Origin: Bacteroidota bacterium | Lineage (GTDB): Bacteria; Bacteroidota; Bacteroidia; UBA7662 | Length of the DNA stretch: 60,300 nucleotides | Reading direction: 5' to 3' | Assembly: GCA_005799065.1 (NCBI GenBank) | Contig: SYHW01000069.1 | Location: 1-60,300, forward strand | Shown here: positions 43,242 through 52,982 of the stretch, one piece after another | Layout of the letters: every line of letters begins with the position of its first letter | Position numbering within the stretch: the stretch's first letter is position 1 | Translations under genes and position numbers: made by a program | Notes under the pieces: model-generated | Database searches by the model: none | What the model was told of the DNA's origin: nothing | What the model saw: only the letters and a program-made list of their open reading frames with translations

Positions 43242-45623
43242 ATGCCGACCCGCCGCTTTCATTTGGCCCATTACTTTTTGGGCCTTATAAGTTTTTTTAT
43301 GTTCTCGTTAGAGACAAGCGCGCAGAAGGCAACTTTAAGCGGTTCTGTGCGTTCGGAGAGCGGCGAAGCACTGGTTGCGGCCAATGTTTGGGTATTGCCT
43401 TTAAAGCAAGGCACAACAACGAACGATTATGGCTATTTTGCTCTTAGCCTGCCCGCATCGACCTACACGGTGGTTGTCACCTACCTCGGCTATGCGCCCG
43501 ATACGCTGAAGATCAATCTCAAACAAAATACGCAACATAACTTCAGCCTAAAATCGACTGCAGTGAACCGGGAGGAAATAGTGGTTGAGGGCAGACGAGC
43601 CGATGAGAACACCCGAGAGGCGGGAATGGGTCGCGCTGAAGTGAATATCGAACAGGTCAAGTCACTTCCCGCACTATTGGGAGAGGCCGATATTTTGCGT
43701 ACCATACAGCTGCTTCCAGGCATACAAAAGGGAGGTGAAGGCAATACCGGTTTTTATGTGCGCGGTGGTGGTCCGGATCAAAACTTAATTCTGCTTGATG
43801 AAGCGGTTGTCTACAACGCCTCCCATTTGTTTGGGTTCTTCTCCGTTTTCAATGCCGATGCCATAAACAACACGACCCTCATTAAGGGTGGAATGCCTCC
43901 ACAATATGGCGGAAGGGTATCTTCTGTTTTGGCGATTGGCATGCGCGAAGGCAACAACCAACGATTCGAAACACAAGGGGGTATTGGCTTGATTGCATCG
44001 CGGCTCACCACCGAAGGGCCCCTGAAGCGCGACAAAGGATCATTCATCATTTCTGGTCGGAGGACGTACATCGATGTATTGGTGAACCCTCTGATTCCGC
44101 CGGATGCCGTAGCCAAAGGCAGCGGATATTTTTTCTACGATTTCAACACCAAACTCAACTATCAAATCAATGCCAAAAACAGGATATTCGCTAGTGGGTA
44201 TTTTGGTCGCGACGTTTTTACCTTTAAAAATCAAGAAATCGGTCTTGGATTCAATATCCCATGGGGCAATGCAACCGGCACCCTACGATGGAACCATATT
44301 TTCGGACCGAGATTATTTTTAAACACCACAATCATATATAGCGATTTTGACTTTGCTACCGAGGTTACGCAATCGCAGTTCCAATTCAAACTCAACTCAG
44401 GTGTTCGAAACCGTAGTCTCAAATTGGATGCTGATTATTACGCTTCCCTGCGTCACCGCTTGAAAGTCGGTGCTCAATATACCAAACACGGTTTTACCCC
44501 ATCCGTGGTAGAGGCCAGTACGGGTGAAAATACATTTGGCACACCTGGGCTGCGGCAATTGAACGCTCATGAACTGGCCTTGTATGCCCAAGATGTTTGG
44601 GACATCAGCGATGCGCTGCAAATACAAGGCGGCATCCGCTGGTCGGGATACCGCCAAGTGGGTCCTTACAACTTTCAACGATATACCAACACCGAACTTT
44701 TGGATTTAGTAGAAGAAGTTGCGTACAAGGAAAATGAAAAAGTGGTTGATTATGGGGGATTCGAGCCCAGGCTTCTCCTGCGACTCAGCACATCCCGCCA
44801 TTCTTCGGTAAAGTTGGGTATCACCAGAAACCTTCAATACATCCACCTCGCTTCGTCTTCAGGGAATGCTCTGCCTACCGACCTTTGGGTACCCAGTACG
44901 CGTAAAGTGAGGCCTCAAGAGGGAATCCAATACGCCCTGGGGTATTTTTTGAACGATAAGAAGCAACAATGGGAGGCCTCGGTAGAGGTCTACTACAAAA
45001 CCTTACAGAATCAAATCGACTTCCGCGACGGTGCCGTGGATGGCTTCAATTTGAATATCGAAAACGACTTTGTTTTTGGCTCAGGTCGTTCTTATGGAGC
45101 CGAATGGTTTATCAAAAAAAGAACGGGCGCCCTAACAGGATGGCTGGGCTATACCTGGTCGAAATCGGACCGCCGATTCGATGATATTATGCAAGGCCGT
45201 TGGTTTCCCTATAAGTTTGATCGACGACACGATGTTTCATTCGTGGCCTCCTATGAACGAAACAGAAAATGGACCTATTCAACCACTTTTGTTTATGCAA
45301 CGGGTAATGCCTATACCTTACCCGAATCGCGTTACTTTTTTGAAGGCCAAATCATCAACCAAATAGGAGACCGCAACAACTTCAGGTTTGCGCCTTATCA
45401 TCGATTGGATTTGGCAGCGGTCTACAAACCCTTGCGTAATCAAGGGCGTAAATGGCAAAATGAATGGGTATTTGCCATCTACAATGTGTACAGCCGACTT
45501 AATCCATACTTTGTATACCTCAACAATACGGGCTCACTGCAACAACAAAGTTTGCAGGTAGAAGCCCGGCAAGTCAGTTTGTTCCCCATCATTCCATCGG
45601 TCACTTATAACTTTAAGTTTTAA
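43242..45623 (+). CDS. TonB-dependent outer-membrane receptor with an N-terminal carboxypeptidase-regulatory-like domain
   Basis: 793 aa. After the signal peptide comes a CarbopepD_reg-like TLSGSV..E.GE.L..ANV region and then a plug domain (LLGEADILRTIQLLPGI). The beta-barrel ends in the aromatic terminal residues YNFKF. Confidence 0.9.
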   Translation: MPTRRFHLAHYFLGLISFFMFSLETSAQKATLSGSVRSESGEALVAANVWVLPLKQGTTTNDYGYFALSLPASTYTVVVTYLGYAPDTLKINLKQNTQHNFSLKSTAVNREEIVVEGRRADENTREAGMGRAEVNIEQVKSLPALLGEADILRTIQLLPGIQKGGEGNTGFYVRGGGPDQNLILLDEAVVYNASHLFGFFSVFNADAINNTTLIKGGMPPQYGGRVSSVLAIGMREGNNQRFETQGGIGLIASRLTTEGPLKRDKGSFIISGRRTYIDVLVNPLIPPDAVAKGSGYFFYDFNTKLNYQINAKNRIFASGYFGRDVFTFKNQEIGLGFNIPWGNATGTLRWNHIFGPRLFLNTTIIYSDFDFATEVTQSQFQFKLNSGVRNRSLKLDADYYASLRHRLKVGAQYTKHGFTPSVVEASTGENTFGTPGLRQLNAHELALYAQDVWDISDALQIQGGIRWSGYRQVGPYNFQRYTNTELLDLVEEVAYKENEKVVDYGGFEPRLLLRLSTSRHSSVKLGITRNLQYIHLASSSGNALPTDLWVPSTRKVRPQEGIQYALGYFLNDKKQQWEASVEVYYKTLQNQIDFRDGAVDGFNLNIENDFVFGSGRSYGAEWFIKKRTGALTGWLGYTWSKSDRRFDDIMQGRWFPYKFDRRHDVSFVASYERNRKWTYSTTFVYATGNAYTLPESRYFFEGQIINQIGDRNNFRFAPYHRLDLAAVYKPLRNQGRKWQNEWVFAIYNVYSRLNPYFVYLNNTGSLQQQSLQVEARQVSLFPIIPSVTYNFKF

Positions 45624-45628
45624 ACGAT

Positions 45629-46555
45629 ATGAAATCACTCATAAAATTGGTTTTCAACGTTTTATGCATCATTCATTTTTTGTTTATGTCGGGATGTGAC
45701 CGGGTTATTGACCTGAAATTACCTCCGCCAAAAGAGGCACTGGTGGTCTACGGGCTCATCGAAATAGATTCGTTGGTTAAAGTGAGTTTAACCCGAAACT
45801 CACCTTATTTTGATCCTGTGGATCTTCAAACTGTTTTGGGATTACAGGTAACTGATGCATTTATCATTGTTGAAGGGGAGGGGGAAATAGATACATTATT
45901 GCCATCACTCGAGTTTCAACATTATACCCCTTTCAACTACAAAGGAACTCGCATTCGTGGTCGGGTAGGGGGGCGATACCGCATTAAAATCATCACCACA
46001 GAACACGAACTGGAAGCGGAAACCATCATATTACCTCCATTGAAAGTCGATTCCATTTGGCACCGCACAAAGTCCGATCTGATCATTGAGGCTGGTAACC
46101 TATTGCCCACTCAGCGAGACTTCCAATTGGCATCAATCTATTATCGCTACAGCGACGGTCCGTTAGTGGGTGACCGTGTGCGTATATTCTCCCGAAGAAA
46201 CCAAGAGTCGCAGTGGAGTTCGGGTTTTGCTTCTGCCTTTAGCGATGAGCTCATCAATGGACAAACCATTGACTTTGTGTTGCCTCGGGGTAAAGAAGTA
46301 TATCTTTTCAACGACTCCACTACCTTCAACGAATTCGGTTTTTTTGAAGTCGGAGATACGGTTTACGTTAAAGTATCAAGTATAGACTTAGCTCAATACC
46401 AGTTTTGGAACACGTTGGCCAGTGCTATCGGAGGAAGCGGAAATCCTTTTGCAATTCCCACAGTAGTAGCCACCAACATCCGATCGAAAAGGGGAAAGGG
46501 GTTGGGTGTATGGGGTGGTTATGGAAATCAACACTACACCTATTTAATCCGCTAA
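45629..46555 (+). CDS. DUF4249-like lipoprotein (usual partner of this TBDR class)
   Basis: The lipobox is LFMSGCD. Its size and its position directly downstream of a CarbopepD-type TBDR fit the family. The assignment is from recalled synteny. Confidence 0.65.
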   Translation: MKSLIKLVFNVLCIIHFLFMSGCDRVIDLKLPPPKEALVVYGLIEIDSLVKVSLTRNSPYFDPVDLQTVLGLQVTDAFIIVEGEGEIDTLLPSLEFQHYTPFNYKGTRIRGRVGGRYRIKIITTEHELEAETIILPPLKVDSIWHRTKSDLIIEAGNLLPTQRDFQLASIYYRYSDGPLVGDRVRIFSRRNQESQWSSGFASAFSDELINGQTIDFVLPRGKEVYLFNDSTTFNEFGFFEVGDTVYVKVSSIDLAQYQFWNTLASAIGGSGNPFAIPTVVATNIRSKRGKGLGVWGGYGNQHYTYLIR

Positions 46556-46614
46556 CCGCGTTATGTTCGATTAATCGCTCTATGACCATGTAACCGCTCC
46601 GTTCAAATCTGTCT

Positions 46615-46622
46615 TATTTTTG
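46615..46622 (+). promoter_or_regulatory. Putative -7 box TATTTTTG for trxB
   Basis: The context is CTTATTTTTGCGGC, ending 4 nt before ATG 46627. Confidence 0.35.
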
Positions 46623-46626
46623 CGGC

Positions 46627-47565
46627 ATGTCAAATCAAGAACACGCACATTGCCTGATCATCGGTTCGGGCCCTGCCGGTTACACGGCAGCCATTTATGC
46701 CGCCCGTGCAGGCCTCAAACCGATACTCTATGAAGGCTTGCAACCGGGAGGACAACTCACCATCACCACAGACGTAGAAAATTACCCTGGATATCCCGAT
46801 GGCGTACAAGGCCCGCAGATGATGGATGATTTCCGCAAGCAAGCGGTTCGAATGGGTGCCGATTGTCGCTATGGGATTGTGACGGAAGTAGATTTCTCAG
46901 TGACGCCCAAAAGGATCGTGGTCGACCAACAATCGGTTCTCACTGCCGATGCGGTGATTATTGCAACAGGAGCATCCGCTAAATGGTTGGGACTTCCTTC
47001 TGAACAAAGACTAAACGGCTACGGGGTGTCGGCTTGCGCTGTCTGTGATGGTTTTTTCTTTCGTGGACAAGACGTAGCACTAGTAGGAGGGGGCGATACG
47101 GCAGCTGAAGAGGCCACGTACCTGGCGAAGCTTTGCCGAAAAGTGTATATGATTGTTCGCCGCGAGAGCCTTCGTGCCTCCAAAGCCATGCAAGAGCGGG
47201 TGATGCGAACCCCGAACATCGAAGTGCTATGGAACCATGAGACACTCGAAATTTTGGGCGATCAAACGGTTTCGGGCGTCAGACTGATGAACAACTTGAA
47301 TCAAACAGAGCGAAGGCTCGAAATTCAAGGCTTTTTCGTGGCCATTGGACACCAACCCAACACCGATTTATTTTCTACTTATCTACGTTTGGATGAAACG
47401 GGCTACATTGAAACCATTCCTGGAAGCAGCAAAACAAACATACCTGGCGTTTTTGCAGCCGGTGATGCACAAGACAAAATCTACCGCCAAGCGGTTACCG
47501 CTGCCGGATCTGGGTGTATGGCCGCCCTCGATGCAGAGCGATGGTTAGCAGAAATGGGGCACTAA
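46627..47565 (+). CDS. trxB: Thioredoxin-disulfide reductase
   Basis: The FAD site is IIGSGPAGYTAA, the redox-active site is CAVCDG and the NADPH site is VGGGDTAAEEA. Confidence 0.95.
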   Translation: MSNQEHAHCLIIGSGPAGYTAAIYAARAGLKPILYEGLQPGGQLTITTDVENYPGYPDGVQGPQMMDDFRKQAVRMGADCRYGIVTEVDFSVTPKRIVVDQQSVLTADAVIIATGASAKWLGLPSEQRLNGYGVSACAVCDGFFFRGQDVALVGGGDTAAEEATYLAKLCRKVYMIVRRESLRASKAMQERVMRTPNIEVLWNHETLEILGDQTVSGVRLMNNLNQTERRLEIQGFFVAIGHQPNTDLFSTYLRLDETGYIETIPGSSKTNIPGVFAAGDAQDKIYRQAVTAAGSGCMAALDAERWLAEMGH

Positions 47566-47583
47566 TTCCTATGGTGATGTTTT

Positions 47584-48843
47584 TTAAGACGGACTTCCGG
47601 TGTTCCGACGTATGGACCCCCTTGACTGGTGGGTTGAACGCCTTTTATTTGGTGTAAGCGGGAAAAATCCGGTTTGGGGGAGATGTATTGATCGACCTTC
47701 ACGCTCTTGTATCAAAAGCTCAGCCGCTTTCTTTCCAATATATGGCCCTAATGCCGTCCCCATTCCATTCATACCAGCGGCAACGACCAACATTCCTTGA
47801 TTTTTCACCTCCAGGATTGGGGCTAACCGAGCTGGGGTAAAGCCCATGATACCGCTCCATTGATCGGCCACCGGTAAATCCTCGACAGGTATTCCGGTGA
47901 GCATAGAAAGTTGGTCCGTTAAATACGCCTGAATGCCGTTTGTGGTGCCGAGTTGATCCGTTTTTTCGCCTTCAAAATCCAAAAATCGACCGCCCCCAAT
48001 CAACAAACGCTGTCCAACATCGCGTGCATACATATAACCCTCACGAAAATGAACATTCCCCCGAAACGGAATTTTACCCAAAGGCTCCGTGATCATCACT
48101 TGCGCGCGATGGGCCTCTATTTTAATGTCAGGCATGAGCCTCGACACAAATGCATTGCTCGCCAGCAGCACTTGACGGGCACGGATTGTTTCCGACTGTG
48201 ATTGCAAAAAAACGCCGCTCGGATCGAATGCCAAGGAATCCACCGAATGATGGGTACTGATGACACCACCCAAATTCTGGAACTGAAGCCTCAATTGAGC
48301 CACAGCCGCCGCCGGATGTAGTTGACCTTCCCAATTCATCTTCACCCAGGAAGGCTGATGCACACCTGGACACCATCCCTTTGGCGCTTGCATTATACGC
48401 ATAAAATACGGGAGAGGCCCGCCAGAAGCCCGAAACAGGCCATTCAGCGTATTCAGGTGATCATCGAGTCCTGCAGGCTCAGGTGTTTCAGATGAAAATA
48501 TTTCATAACCAACTGATTTAGCGTATATTGATTTAGTTTTCTTTAAGTAATGCAACAATATAGAAGCGCCTTGGATTTTCCATTGGAGTAATTCTTCAAC
48601 AACAGGAAGCCCGTGGTCTTGAATATCGCGCATCAATTCTGTGGGGCTGCCCAAACAAATAAATCCGGCGTTGCGGGAACTTGCCAAGGTACCCGTGGCT
48701 TCCGATTCGACGACCACAACATGCCAGCTGGGGCGATATCGCTTGATGGTGATGGCAGCCGACATGCCCGTAAAACCTCCTCCTATGATGACTACATCAC
48801 AGGGGCGGGGAAACAACAAGTCGCGGTCCCAAAAGGTAAACAT
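47584..48843 (-). CDS. FAD-dependent oxidoreductase (DAO family)
   Basis: The N-terminal dinucleotide fold is DVVIIGGGFTGMSAA. The substrate is unknown. Confidence 0.8.
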   Translation of the reverse strand: MFTFWDRDLLFPRPCDVVIIGGGFTGMSAAITIKRYRPSWHVVVVESEATGTLASSRNAGFICLGSPTELMRDIQDHGLPVVEELLQWKIQGASILLHYLKKTKSIYAKSVGYEIFSSETPEPAGLDDHLNTLNGLFRASGGPLPYFMRIMQAPKGWCPGVHQPSWVKMNWEGQLHPAAAVAQLRLQFQNLGGVISTHHSVDSLAFDPSGVFLQSQSETIRARQVLLASNAFVSRLMPDIKIEAHRAQVMITEPLGKIPFRGNVHFREGYMYARDVGQRLLIGGGRFLDFEGEKTDQLGTTNGIQAYLTDQLSMLTGIPVEDLPVADQWSGIMGFTPARLAPILEVKNQGMLVVAAGMNGMGTALGPYIGKKAAELLIQEREGRSIHLPQTGFFPLTPNKRRSTHQSRGSIRRNTGSPS

Positions 48844-48883
48844 CTCAATTATACATAATATAAATTATCGTAAAAATTTGGAA

Positions 48884-49585
48884 TTATGGATTAACCTTCT
48901 TAGAGGCTTTATAGGCAGCGTTTAAGTCGGACAAGGCGCGTCTAGTAATATTCAAGCCGTCTGAGCCCAGCAATAAATTGCTGCCTGAATGATAAGACAG
49001 TATATAGTCGTATTGCTCGCGCTTAGCCAACTCTCGAAAATAGCCCTGAACTTTAGCCCGAAATAAGCGGTCGAGCTGTTCCTCTTCACGCTCTAATTCT
49101 GCCGTTAAATTATCCCGAAGATTGATGACATTTTGTTGCTTTCGCATGAGTCCTTCCTCAGCCGCGGAACGCTGAATCTCCGACAAATCGGCCGCTTTTC
49201 TTTGTAGTTGCTCTATTTCCTTTTCCAATTTGGCGGCCTCAGTTTCCAGTTCTTTTTCAGACGCCTGGGCTTTTCGAATCATCTTTTCACGCAGATCCTG
49301 ATAATACAAATAATTTTCGAGCAGCGAATCCGCATTGATATAAACAATTCTCAAGCCCCTTAACGGCATTTGAACAGAGTCGCGTCGAATGCCTACCGAA
49401 TCGAGAAAGGACCAATCCGTTTGATCCACATCCAAAGTGGAGTCAACTTGTTTACCCCCAACAGCAGCAGAATCCAATTCAGTTTCGCTTGGCCAGAGCT
49501 GAGGCGACAAGCGCACACAGATGAAAATCAAAACAATAAGTAACAGGAAACTGAATCCCAAATGGAGCTTTTGAAGTGTGTTCAT
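48884..49585 (-). CDS. OmpH/Skp-like periplasmic chaperone family protein
   Basis: It has an N-terminal TM/signal segment and a long coiled-coil (EKELETEAAKLEKEIEQLQRKAADL), with the IVYINADSLLENY start of the OmpH domain. Confidence 0.7.
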   Translation of the reverse strand: MNTLQKLHLGFSFLLLIVLIFICVRLSPQLWPSETELDSAAVGGKQVDSTLDVDQTDWSFLDSVGIRRDSVQMPLRGLRIVYINADSLLENYLYYQDLREKMIRKAQASEKELETEAAKLEKEIEQLQRKAADLSEIQRSAAEEGLMRKQQNVINLRDNLTAELEREEEQLDRLFRAKVQGYFRELAKREQYDYILSYHSGSNLLLGSDGLNITRRALSDLNAAYKASKKVNP

Positions 49586-49601
49586 TTATTATTTTTTATT
49601 G

Positions 49602-51155
49602 TTATAATGGTATATTTCCGTGTTTTTTTCGCGGATGGCGTACCGCCTTGTGGGCTATCCGGGAAAAAGCGGACATGAGTTTTCGTCGGGTTTCGGACGG
49701 CAAAATGACCTCATCAATATAGCCACGAGCGGCCGCTTGGTACGGATTGGCAAATCGTTCTGTATACGATGCAACTTTCTCATCCCATTTCGCTGCTGGG
49801 TCCTCGGCCGCCTGAATTTCATGCTTAAAGATGATTTCCGCCGCTCCTTTTGCCCCCATAACCGCTATCTCAGCACTCGGCCAAGCAAAATTATAGTCGG
49901 CTCCGATATGTTTGCTGTTCATTACATCGTAGGCACCCCCATAGGCCTTTCTGGTGATGACCGTAATACGAGGAACTGAGGCCTCACTGAAGGCATAAAG
50001 CAATTTAGCACCATGTACAATAATACCATTCCATTCCTGATCCGTGCCCGGCAGAAAACCTGGGACGTCGACCAATACCAACAAAGGAACGTTAAATGAG
50101 TCGCAGAGCCGAACAAAGCGCGCTGCCTTTCTCGATGCATTAATGTCGAGAACGCCCGCCAGAGATGATGGCTGGTTGGCCACCACACCGATACTCCTTC
50201 CCCCAAGTAAACCAAAAGCCGTGATCATATTGGAAGCATAATCGGGCTGCAGTTCAAAACGCGATTCGGGGTCAAGAATTTCATCCATCAATTCAATCAT
50301 ATCATAGGGCTGATTGGGGGATGAAGGAATCATTTGATCCAATTTCGGGCGCAACTCATTTGGATGGTTTGGAGGCGCCACATAAGGATAAACAGGGGCC
50401 ATTTCCTCACAATTTTGAGGCAAGTAATACAATTGACGCCTGATTCCTTCCAAACAGGCCAACTCATGGGGGTAGCTGAGGTGGCAAATACCGGAACGCG
50501 TAGCGTGGGTTGATGCACCCCCCAAGTCTTCCGAACTGATTTCTTCGTGGGTCACGGTCTTCACCACATTCGGACCCGTTACGAACATATAGCTGCTGTT
50601 CTCTACCATGAAAATGATGTCGGTCATGGCCGGACTATAGACCGCACCACCGGCACATGGCCCCATGATGGCACTGATTTGAGGAACGACTCCTGAGGCC
50701 TGAACATTTCGGTAGAAGATGTCGGCATATCCCGCCAAGGACACAACACCCTCTTGAATGCGAGCCCCACCCGAGTCGTTCAAGCCGATAACGGGCACCC
50801 CCAAACGCAGGGCCATATCCATCAATCGACAGATTTTTTCGGCATGTGCCTCGCTCAGGGAACCCCCGAAAACGGTGAAATCCTGTGAAAACACCAAAAC
50901 CGGTCGGCCCATGATGGTACCCGAACCTGTTACCACACCATCACCGGGATACACTTCATTTTCTAAACCAAACTCATGGGAGCGGTGGGTAACCAGCATC
51001 CCAATTTCCTCAAAACTACCCTCATCTAACAATAAATCGACACGCTCACGTGCTGTTAGTTTACCCTTTTTGTGTTGGGATGCTATTCTGGCTTCCCCCC
51101 CACCCTGCAGCGCAGCGGCTCTTCGCCGCTCCAACTCCTGAAACAATTGGTTCAT
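49602..51155 (-). CDS. pccB: Acyl-CoA carboxylase carboxyltransferase subunit (propionyl-CoA carboxylase beta / methylmalonyl-CoA carboxyltransferase type)
   Basis: The family N-terminus MNQLFQELERRRAAALQGGGEARIASQHKKGKLTARERVDLLLDEGSF starts at 51155 (or MIYT at 51167). The 167 codons upstream in the track ORF are antisense to paaN and are not family-like. Confidence 0.93.
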   Translation of the reverse strand: MNQLFQELERRRAAALQGGGEARIASQHKKGKLTARERVDLLLDEGSFEEIGMLVTHRSHEFGLENEVYPGDGVVTGSGTIMGRPVLVFSQDFTVFGGSLSEAHAEKICRLMDMALRLGVPVIGLNDSGGARIQEGVVSLAGYADIFYRNVQASGVVPQISAIMGPCAGGAVYSPAMTDIIFMVENSSYMFVTGPNVVKTVTHEEISSEDLGGASTHATRSGICHLSYPHELACLEGIRRQLYYLPQNCEEMAPVYPYVAPPNHPNELRPKLDQMIPSSPNQPYDMIELMDEILDPESRFELQPDYASNMITAFGLLGGRSIGVVANQPSSLAGVLDINASRKAARFVRLCDSFNVPLLVLVDVPGFLPGTDQEWNGIIVHGAKLLYAFSEASVPRITVITRKAYGGAYDVMNSKHIGADYNFAWPSAEIAVMGAKGAAEIIFKHEIQAAEDPAAKWDEKVASYTERFANPYQAAARGYIDEVILPSETRRKLMSAFSRIAHKAVRHPRKKHGNIPL

Positions 51156-51174
51156 AGTATAGATCATTGGCGCA

Positions 51175-51182
51175 CAAAGGTA
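51175..51182 (-). promoter_or_regulatory. Putative -7 box TACCTTTG for the carboxyltransferase gene
   Basis: The plus strand reads CAAAGGTA, 20 nt upstream of the start at 51155. Confidence 0.35.
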
Positions 51183-51214
51183 CGGTGTGGGTCGACAACA
51201 AAGACGAAAGACCG

Positions 51215-51222
51215 TATTTTTG
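51215..51222 (+). promoter_or_regulatory. Putative -7 box TATTTTTG for paaN
   Basis: The context is CCGTATTTTTGCGC, 36 nt upstream of ATG 51258. Confidence 0.45.
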
Positions 51223-51257
51223 CGCTTTCCAAAACACCATACCCAATCGATTTCTTT

Positions 51258-52922
51258 ATGTCCTACTACGAGCAATACCGCGAGCGCATCGAAAGGGCCA
51301 TGCAGGCCAACCGAGAGAGAACCTACTACGCCCCATTTCCCGAAAATCCGAAGGCCTATGCAGAGGATGCAGCAGCCCAAGCCCTTAGTCGATTTCAGGC
51401 GTCTATGAACAATGACTTCACCGAGCTGCTTCAAGAAAAACCGCTGCGCTTCGAGGGTGAAGAAATTACGCCCTACCTTCAAACTGGATTGGGCATCCGT
51501 TACCCAATATTTGCCGATAAATTGTTGGTTCAAACCGCCTCCAAAGCCATGGACATCTGGCGTAAAGTACCTTACACCGAACGGGCGGGAATCTTGACCG
51601 CTTGTTTGGACCAAATGAAAGAACGATTTTTTGATATCGCATACGCCACCCAGCACACCACTGGGCAGTCATTTATGATGGCTTTTCAAGCGGGCGGCCC
51701 TCACGCAGCCGATCGTGCAATGGAAGTGATTGCTATGGGTATGGAAGAGTTGAGCCGAGTTCCAGCATCTTGTATTTGGGAAAAGCCCATGGGCAAGTTC
51801 AACATCAGCCTACAAAAAACCTGGAAAGCGATGCCACGTGGGGTGGCTTTGGTGATTGGTTGCTCGACCTTTCCTACCTGGAATACACTACCTGGGGTTT
51901 TTGCTAGCCTAATGACTGGTAACAGCGTCATTGTAAAACCCCATCCTAAAGCCGTTTTACCCATCGCCATGGTGGTGGCGGAAATGCAAAAGGTTCTCAA
52001 CGCTGCGGGTATTACTCCGGATGTGATCCAATTGGCCCCCGACACACAAGCCCATCCACTAGCATGGGAACTGGCCGAGCATCCCGATGTGCGCATCATC
52101 GATTACACTGGAAATACTGATTTCGGCAACCGTTTAGAACGCCTGCAGCAATCAGGCAAGCAAGTTTTCACAGAAAAAGCTGGGGTAAATCCAGTCATAC
52201 TCGATTCGGTTACCGATTTAAAAGCCGTCTGCGATAACCTGGCTTTTTCGCTTTCCTTGTATGCCGGACAAATGTGTACCGCCCCTCAGAATTTCTTTGT
52301 TTCGGCTGATGGAATTCGTACGCCGGAGGGCATGGTGTCTGTCGACGCCTTCATTGAACTATTCACCGCGGCCCTCAATAATATATCTACGCACCCCAAG
52401 ATGGCACCAGGCGTATTGGCTACACTGCAACAAGACGCGCAAAAAGACCGAATTGCTCAAGTTGCGGCTGAATTTTCGGATGCCGTGGTTTTAGCCTCCA
52501 GTCCATTCGCGAATGAAGAATTCCCCGATGCCCGTGTGGCTTCGGCGCTCTTGTTGAAGGTTGATGCTTCCCGTACAGAGGCCTATGACCGTGAATGGTT
52601 TGGCCCAATCGGTGTTGTTGTTTGTACACAATCGACCGATGAATCCCTTAGGCGCGTGTTGGATTTGTCGCGCCGTCATGGCGCCATATCCTGTGGCATC
52701 TATTGCACCGATCCAGCCCGCGTAGACGATATGGCCGACCAACTGGCGAAAATTTATGTGCCTGTATCCGTGAACCTTACTGGTCCGATCTACCTCAATC
52801 AACATGCTGCCTTTTCTGATTTCCACGTGACCGGAGGCAACCCGGCCGGAAACGCGTCATTTACCGACCCGCTCTATATCAATCGTCGATTTGTGTGGGT
52901 AGGCCAACGCTTCTCCGCTTAA
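51258..52922 (+). CDS. paaN: PaaN-type aldehyde dehydrogenase (phenylacetate-pathway ring-opening enzyme family)
   Basis: 554 aa from MSYYEQYRERIERAMQANRERTYYAPFPENPKAY. The ALDH catalytic Cys lies in YAGQMCTAPQNFF. The track ORF starts earlier (51072), inside the divergent gene. Confidence 0.85.
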   Translation: MSYYEQYRERIERAMQANRERTYYAPFPENPKAYAEDAAAQALSRFQASMNNDFTELLQEKPLRFEGEEITPYLQTGLGIRYPIFADKLLVQTASKAMDIWRKVPYTERAGILTACLDQMKERFFDIAYATQHTTGQSFMMAFQAGGPHAADRAMEVIAMGMEELSRVPASCIWEKPMGKFNISLQKTWKAMPRGVALVIGCSTFPTWNTLPGVFASLMTGNSVIVKPHPKAVLPIAMVVAEMQKVLNAAGITPDVIQLAPDTQAHPLAWELAEHPDVRIIDYTGNTDFGNRLERLQQSGKQVFTEKAGVNPVILDSVTDLKAVCDNLAFSLSLYAGQMCTAPQNFFVSADGIRTPEGMVSVDAFIELFTAALNNISTHPKMAPGVLATLQQDAQKDRIAQVAAEFSDAVVLASSPFANEEFPDARVASALLLKVDASRTEAYDREWFGPIGVVVCTQSTDESLRRVLDLSRRHGAISCGIYCTDPARVDDMADQLAKIYVPVSVNLTGPIYLNQHAAFSDFHVTGGNPAGNASFTDPLYINRRFVWVGQRFSA

Positions 52923-52982
52923 TGAGAATTCATTTTTTCCTGAATTTAAAAACCCAAGCACTTATCGGTTGTTGTTGCCCTT

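Noticed and set aside
51072-51656. Mutually overlapping 5' extensions of the track ORFs 49602-51656 (minus) and 51072-52922 (plus). They would imply a ~500-bp antisense gene overlap.
   Set aside because: The family-typical N-termini start at 51155/51167 (carboxyltransferase) and 51258 (PaaN). The extensions are not family-like. Trimming leaves a normal 102-bp divergent promoter region containing two -7 boxes.
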